Origin: an uncultured Chloroflexia bacterium
GTDB taxonomy: Bacteria; Chloroflexota; Anaerolineae; JAAYZQ01
Length of the DNA: 64,000 nt
Direction: 5' to 3'
Assembly: GCA_963700285.1 (NCBI GenBank)
Contig: CAVOXA010000010.1
Location: 224,001 to 288,000 of the forward strand
Shown here: in pieces, positions 59,135 through 64,000 of the stretch
How the letters are laid out: the number at the start of each line of letters is the position of its first letter
Position numbering within the stretch: position 1 is the first letter of the stretch
Program-made: the position numbers and the translations under genes
The notes under the pieces: generated by a model
The model's database searches: none
What the model saw: the letters and a program-made list of their open reading frames with translations, nothing else
Told to the model about the DNA's origin: nothing

Positions 59135-60580
59135 ATGAGGAAAATGACGAGACGAAATAAAGTTCATCGGTTCATTGAGGAGCAGGCGGACCAACACCTG
59201 GAACGACTGCGGGATTTCCTGGCCCAACCAAGCGTCAGTCAGGAAGGCGAGGAAGGCGTCCGCGCGTGTGCGGATCTGTTGTTGGGCTACTTTCAGAAAC
59301 TCGGCTGCCGGGAGGCAGAACTTGTGGAGACGTCCGGCCTTCCGGCCGTATGGGCCTACTATGACGCCGGGGCGCCAAAGACCGTGGCGGTCTATGGCTT
59401 TTATGACACCAACGTGCTGGGCAGCCATTGGGACTATCCTCCCTATGAGACTGTCGTGGCTGAACTCGCACCCTTTGAAGCCGTGGTATACGGGCCGGGT
59501 CCAAGTCAGAAAGGCGGGTTAGTAACCTTCCTGAACGCGCTGTCAGCCATCGAAGCAGTGGAAGGCAATCTGCCCGTCAACTTGATGTTCGTCTGTGAGG
59601 GTGAGGAGTGGTTAGGGAGTCCCCACATCCCCATGCTTATCGACCGCTACCGCGACTACCTGGCCCAGGCCGATACCTTTCTTAGCCCTACTGCCTGCCA
59701 GACAGCTACAGGGGAGGTGACCGTTTACCTGGGCAACAAGGGCTGCATTCACATCGAGCTGGAATGCTCCGGTGACCGATGGGGACGAGGGCCCATCGGC
59801 GGCCCGCTGCACTCCTCGCGCCAGCCGGTCGTCGACGCTCCAGTATGGCGGCTCGTGCAGGCCCTGGCCACCTTCTACGACCCCACCATCAACCGGAGCC
59901 TGGTCGAGGGTTTCTACGACGGCCTGCTCGAGCCCACGGCCGAGGAGCAGATTCTGATTGACGAACTGGCCGAGCGCTACCGGGGCCGGGAAGCAGCCGC
60001 CGTCGGCTGCGGGTCGGTACGGCACCTCAGCGGCGATGTCTCCGGGCGGGATGTTTTTGTGAACATGTGCTTCGAACCGACGATGAACATCAGTGGACTA
60101 CGGGCTGGCTACACCGGGCCCGGGACCAAGTTCTGGACGCTGCCCCACGCAGGCTTTTGCAATATCGACGCCCGGCTCCCGGCAAACATGGACCCAGTAA
60201 TCCTATTGCAGCAGATTCGAGACCACCTGGACCGACATGGCTATAGCGATATCGGAATGAAGGTACTAGAGTCCACGCCCAGCGCCCACACACTCACGAT
60301 GCAGGATGAGGTCACCCAGGCAGCGCTGCGTGTGTTCCGGGCATGGGATGTCGAGCCGGTCATTTGGCCACGCGCGGGGTCAGGTGGACCCACTGGGCAT
60401 TTCAGCCGTCTGTTGGAACTCAAGCCCCTAATCTCAACCGGCATGGGGCACAGTGGCCATGCCGGAGACAATGAATTTCTGGTAGTAAAGGGGAATGACA
60501 AGGTCGGTGGTCTGGTGGAATTGGCAAAGTCCTTTGTCGACTTGCTGTACAGCTATGCGGCCTACCCTGATGACTTCTGA
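59135..60580 (+). CDS. M20-family peptidase/deacylase
   Basis: LAQPSVS, EGEE.LGS, LHS, MNISG motifs; some usual metal ligands look substituted. Confidence 0.85.
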   Translation: MRKMTRRNKVHRFIEEQADQHLERLRDFLAQPSVSQEGEEGVRACADLLLGYFQKLGCREAELVETSGLPAVWAYYDAGAPKTVAVYGFYDTNVLGSHWDYPPYETVVAELAPFEAVVYGPGPSQKGGLVTFLNALSAIEAVEGNLPVNLMFVCEGEEWLGSPHIPMLIDRYRDYLAQADTFLSPTACQTATGEVTVYLGNKGCIHIELECSGDRWGRGPIGGPLHSSRQPVVDAPVWRLVQALATFYDPTINRSLVEGFYDGLLEPTAEEQILIDELAERYRGREAAAVGCGSVRHLSGDVSGRDVFVNMCFEPTMNISGLRAGYTGPGTKFWTLPHAGFCNIDARLPANMDPVILLQQIRDHLDRHGYSDIGMKVLESTPSAHTLTMQDEVTQAALRVFRAWDVEPVIWPRAGSGGPTGHFSRLLELKPLISTGMGHSGHAGDNEFLVVKGNDKVGGLVELAKSFVDLLYSYAAYPDDF

Positions 60581-60757
60581 GACGCGTCCAGCCATGGCCC
60601 CATCCTCGGGAAATGGATCAGTTTGACAGACGGTAGAACACGTGCTACACTGTCCAGACCATCGCTTCTGTCGACAATCGACGATATGGCGCCGATGAAC
60701 GCTGGCATGGAGAGCCTGCCTGCCAGCATCTCTCACACAACAGAGGTCCAAGCACAG

Positions 60758-61474
60758 ATGTCAGAGTTGCTTCCGTTGCAACCCCTCAAGGTACTAAATC
60801 TACGCGAGCATATCGAGCGCCTCGTCCGCAATGCCATCCTGGGCGGCGACTTTGAGCCTGGCGAACGCCTGGTCGAGTCGGCCATCGCCGAGCAGCTCAA
60901 TGTCAGCCGGGCGCCCGTGCGCGAGGCGCTGGCCGGCCTGGAACGGGAAGGTGTCGTCGTTCACGTCCCCCGCAGGGGCTATTCCGTCATCAAGTTCACG
61001 GACAAGGATGTCCAAGAGATCTATAGCCTTCGCCTGTTGCTGGAGACCGAGGCATTGCGCCGGGCGGTGAGGCGCGCCTCCGAGCAGGATCTGGCCGAGA
61101 TGCAGCGCATCGTGGATGAGCTGGGCGAGGCGGTACTGGAGCAGACAGACGCCGAGCGGATCGTTGAGCTGGACCTCTCCTTCCACGGGTACATCTGTCG
61201 CATGGCCGATCACAGCCGGCTATACGCCGCCTGGCAGAGCACGAGTACCCAGGCACGGATCCTGATCGGCTTGACCAGCCGGACGTTCTATCACCAACCT
61301 GAGCAGCCCAAAGAACTACATCAGCGCATTCTGGAAACCATTCGGAAAAAAGACCTGGAACGCGGAGAAGCGTACCTTACTGACCACATCTTGGACGCTC
61401 AACGGCGGGCGAGTCTGGCGCGCCAGCAAGTAGCGCGCGACAGACTGCCCGAAGGGAAAACGGAGACCCATTGA
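60758..61474 (+). CDS. GntR (FCD) transcriptional regulator
   Basis: PGERLVE..IAEQLNVSRAPVREAL. Confidence 0.92.
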   Translation: MSELLPLQPLKVLNLREHIERLVRNAILGGDFEPGERLVESAIAEQLNVSRAPVREALAGLEREGVVVHVPRRGYSVIKFTDKDVQEIYSLRLLLETEALRRAVRRASEQDLAEMQRIVDELGEAVLEQTDAERIVELDLSFHGYICRMADHSRLYAAWQSTSTQARILIGLTSRTFYHQPEQPKELHQRILETIRKKDLERGEAYLTDHILDAQRRASLARQQVARDRLPEGKTETH

Positions 61475-62181
61475 TGAAAATCCTGATCATCAATCCCAAT
61501 ACTTCGGAGCAGATGACCGACAAGATCCGGGCGGTAGCGGAAGAGGCCAAGGGTCACGACTGCCAGGTCACGGTCGTCTGCCCCCAGCATGGTCCGATCA
61601 CCATCGAGTCGTCGTACGATGAGGCCTTTGCCATTGCGCCAACTATCGACCTTGTCAGGCAGGCTAGCGAGGAAGACTATGACGCCATCATTCTAGCTTG
61701 TTTCTGCGAAGTTGGCGTTGAAGCAGCCAGGGAGATCTCGTCGATCCCGGTCCTGGGGCTGGAGGAAGCAACGCTGTCCATCGCCCTGCTGCTGGGTGAA
61801 AAGTTTGGCATCATGACCGAGAAACGCCCTCGGGTGGCGATGAAGGTACGTCACATCCGCCGCTACGGCCTGCTGGAGCGCCTGGCCGCGGTCCGCCCCC
61901 TCGAACTGTCGGTAGCCGAGCTGGCTGCTGATCCGGAGGGGACAAAGACAGCCGGACTCGCACTGGCACGCCGCATGGTGGAGGAGGATGGCGCCGAAGT
62001 GATCATCATGGGCTGCGCAGCCATGGCGGGCTACAGCGACGACCTGGAGAAGGAGCTTGGCATCCCTGTCCTGGACCCGCTCAAGGTGTCCTTGAAGGTA
62101 GCCGAATCCCTGGTACACCTGGGGCTGACCCATAGCCGGGTCGGGTTGTACGCGCCACCAACGCCCAAGGAGTTCAAGTAG
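61474..62181 (+). CDS. Hydantoin/allantoin racemase (Asp/Glu racemase family)
   Basis: INPNTS..MT, ACF and MGCA catalytic cysteines. Confidence 0.9.
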   Translation: MKILIINPNTSEQMTDKIRAVAEEAKGHDCQVTVVCPQHGPITIESSYDEAFAIAPTIDLVRQASEEDYDAIILACFCEVGVEAAREISSIPVLGLEEATLSIALLLGEKFGIMTEKRPRVAMKVRHIRRYGLLERLAAVRPLELSVAELAADPEGTKTAGLALARRMVEEDGAEVIIMGCAAMAGYSDDLEKELGIPVLDPLKVSLKVAESLVHLGLTHSRVGLYAPPTPKEFK

Positions 62182-62190
62182 CGAGAGCAG

Positions 62191-62238
62191 GACCTCGGAG
62201 GTTTTTCAGTGAATCGAATCATTCGCAACTTTGAGGTC
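62191..62238. repeat. Intergenic hairpin repeat (GACCTCGGAGGTT...AACCTCCGAG type), copy 1
   Basis: Similar to 63641-63686, including the internal TGAATCGAA..ATTCGCAAC. Confidence 0.75.
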
Positions 62239-62258
62239 CGAGAAGATCGGAGGGAACC

Positions 62259-63626
62259 TTGAAGACGCTAGATCTCATCGTACAGGGAGACGTCGTTCTC
62301 CCGGAAGGAACCATCAAGGATGGCATCATCGGCATCCTCGATGGAAGGATCGCAGGCATCTTTGACGAAGCGGTGGACCCACCCCATCAGGATGCCGTTC
62401 GGGTACCAGGCCAGTATGTCCTGCCGGGCATGATCGACGGCCACGTACACTGCTTCAGCACACCCAACGAAGGCTTTACCGATGCCACCAGGGCCGCGGC
62501 CGCCGGCGGCGTTACCACCATCATCGAGATGCCCTACGACCTGGGCCGGCCGGTCATGTCCCGGGACCAATTCCTGGACAAACGGCAGCGCCTGGAGGCA
62601 GAGAGCCTTATCGATGTGGCCCTGCTGGCAACGATCAAAAAGACGGGGGGCCTGGATCAGATTCCGCTGATGGCCGAGGCGGGCGCCTGCGGCATCAAGG
62701 CATCCCTCTTTGAGACGGACCCAGATCGCTTTCCCCGGATCCCTGATTATGAGCTGTTCAGGGCCTTTGAACTGATCCGCGAAACAGGGCTGCCCATTGG
62801 GCTGCACGCGGAGAATGACGAACTGGTTCAATGGACCACCAAGCAGGCTCGGGTCGACGGTTCTGACCCAGCAGCGCACTGCAGAAGCCGGCCCGAAATC
62901 GTCGAATCCAGCGCCGTGGTCAAGGCATTGGAGCTTGCCCATGCGACCGGAGTCCGCCTCCATATCTACCACGCCAGCTTTGCCCGCATCTTTGAACTCG
63001 TGGATTGGTACCGGCAGCAGGGTACGAAGGTCACTGCCGAGACCTGCACGCACTATTTGACACTGGCCGAGGAGGATATGGCCCGCCTAAAAGCGAAAGG
63101 CAAGATCAATCCCCCGCTGCGTCCCGCGGCGGAGCACGAAAAACTGTGGGCGCTATGCGCCTCGGGCCAGGTAGATATGCTTACGTCCGATCACGCGCCC
63201 TGGCTGGCTGAATACAAGACGCATCCCAACATCTTTGACAACGCCTCAGGCGCGCCTGGCGTACAGACCATCGTCCCCATGATCTACAGCGAGGGAGTGG
63301 CCAAAGGGCGGCTGACCATCCACGATATGGTCCGGCTCTTGTCACAGAAGCCGGCGGAGATCTTTGGCCTCGCACCCCGCAAAGGGCAGATCCGCGTCGG
63401 GGCAGATGCGGATCTCACAATCATCGATCCCAATGCCGAATGGGTGCTAGATGACGCGGACCAGCTCTCTTCGGCCGGCTGGAGCCCCTATCACGGCTGG
63501 TCGATGACGGGAAAGGTGAGCAAGACCATCCTGCGCGGCCAGGTTGTTTTTGACGGCGAGCAGGTATTGGCAGAGCCGGGGACAGGAAATTTTGTGCCGG
63601 GAAAGCACAGCCCGGGTATTGCATAG
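62259..63626 (+). CDS. Cyclic amidohydrolase (allantoinase/dihydropyrimidinase/dihydroorotase family)
   Basis: PGMIDGHVH, AAAGGVTT..EMP, HAE, KINPPLR, SDHAP motifs. Confidence 0.9.
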   Translation: MKTLDLIVQGDVVLPEGTIKDGIIGILDGRIAGIFDEAVDPPHQDAVRVPGQYVLPGMIDGHVHCFSTPNEGFTDATRAAAAGGVTTIIEMPYDLGRPVMSRDQFLDKRQRLEAESLIDVALLATIKKTGGLDQIPLMAEAGACGIKASLFETDPDRFPRIPDYELFRAFELIRETGLPIGLHAENDELVQWTTKQARVDGSDPAAHCRSRPEIVESSAVVKALELAHATGVRLHIYHASFARIFELVDWYRQQGTKVTAETCTHYLTLAEEDMARLKAKGKINPPLRPAAEHEKLWALCASGQVDMLTSDHAPWLAEYKTHPNIFDNASGAPGVQTIVPMIYSEGVAKGRLTIHDMVRLLSQKPAEIFGLAPRKGQIRVGADADLTIIDPNAEWVLDDADQLSSAGWSPYHGWSMTGKVSKTILRGQVVFDGEQVLAEPGTGNFVPGKHSPGIA

Positions 63627-63640
63627 ACCTCTAGCGCCAA

Positions 63641-63686
63641 GACCTGGGAGGTTTCATTGAATCGAAGATTCGCAACCTCCGAGATC
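63641..63686. repeat. Intergenic hairpin repeat, copy 2
   Basis: Matches copy 1 at 62191-62238. Confidence 0.75.
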
Positions 63687-63713
63687 TAGGCTTTTGTTGG
63701 GAGCAGGAGCAGA

Positions 63714-64000
63714 ATGCAAGCAGATTCTTTCCGCGAGATTCCAAATGCCGAACGACTGGCAGCCGACATCGAAACCTTGGCGGCCATTACCAACCCGGAG
63801 CAGCCTTATACCCGCCGGCCCTTTACCGAACTCTTCCAGAGGGGCAGGCAGTGGCTTCGAAAAGAGATGGAGGCAGCAGGGCTGAGCGTAACCCTGGACG
63901 CGGCCGGCAACCTGGTGGGCAGGCAGGCAGGCCACGAGGACCTGCCACCTCTGATGATCGGTTCCCACACCGACACTGTGGCCGGGGGCGGGCGCTTTGA
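63714..64000 (+). CDS. Zn-dependent N-carbamoyl-amino-acid/allantoate amidohydrolase (partial, runs off the window)
   Basis: DAAGNL.G and GSHTDTV..GGRF motifs. Confidence 0.85.
   Translation, partial: MQADSFREIPNAERLAADIETLAAITNPEQPYTRRPFTELFQRGRQWLRKEMEAAGLSVTLDAAGNLVGRQAGHEDLPPLMIGSHTDTVAGGGRF

Overview
High-GC bacterial chromosomal DNA. Gene content and lipoprotein style suggest Chloroflexota/Anaerolineae, but this is inference. Two features stand out. (1) 31-4960 holds a complete diversity-generating retroelement: a TM-NACHT-HEAT-FGE/CLec target gene, a DGR-type RT, Avd, and an 80-bp TR. All 10 TR/VR substitutions fall at TR adenines. The gene order is target-RT-avd-TR, and one palindromic repeat marks each module boundary. 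(2) 14027-15886 is an ORF that the six-frame track splits into three pieces. It reads as one exported triple-DsbA lipoprotein with two in-frame UGA codons at catalytic UxxC positions, each followed by a same-register SECIS-like hairpin. It lies between csoR-copZ-copA and a System I*-type ccm cytochrome c maturation operon. The rest of the window holds nfnAB, tex, a small nuclease/TA accessory island (33.6-39.3 kb) with a truncated herA-like gene and a LexA-box-like promoter, an S9 peptidase, moxR, Na+-decarboxylase subunits, tRNA-Ile2(CAU) and tRNA-Gln(UUG), and a GntR-associated peptide-ABC/hydantoin-amidohydrolase cluster running off the right end. Several families of short palindromic repeats or MITEs are present. 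Five separate +1 frameshifts, mostly in short homopolymers, suggest sequencing or assembly insertion errors. All alignments and counts were done by eye; no database searches were run.
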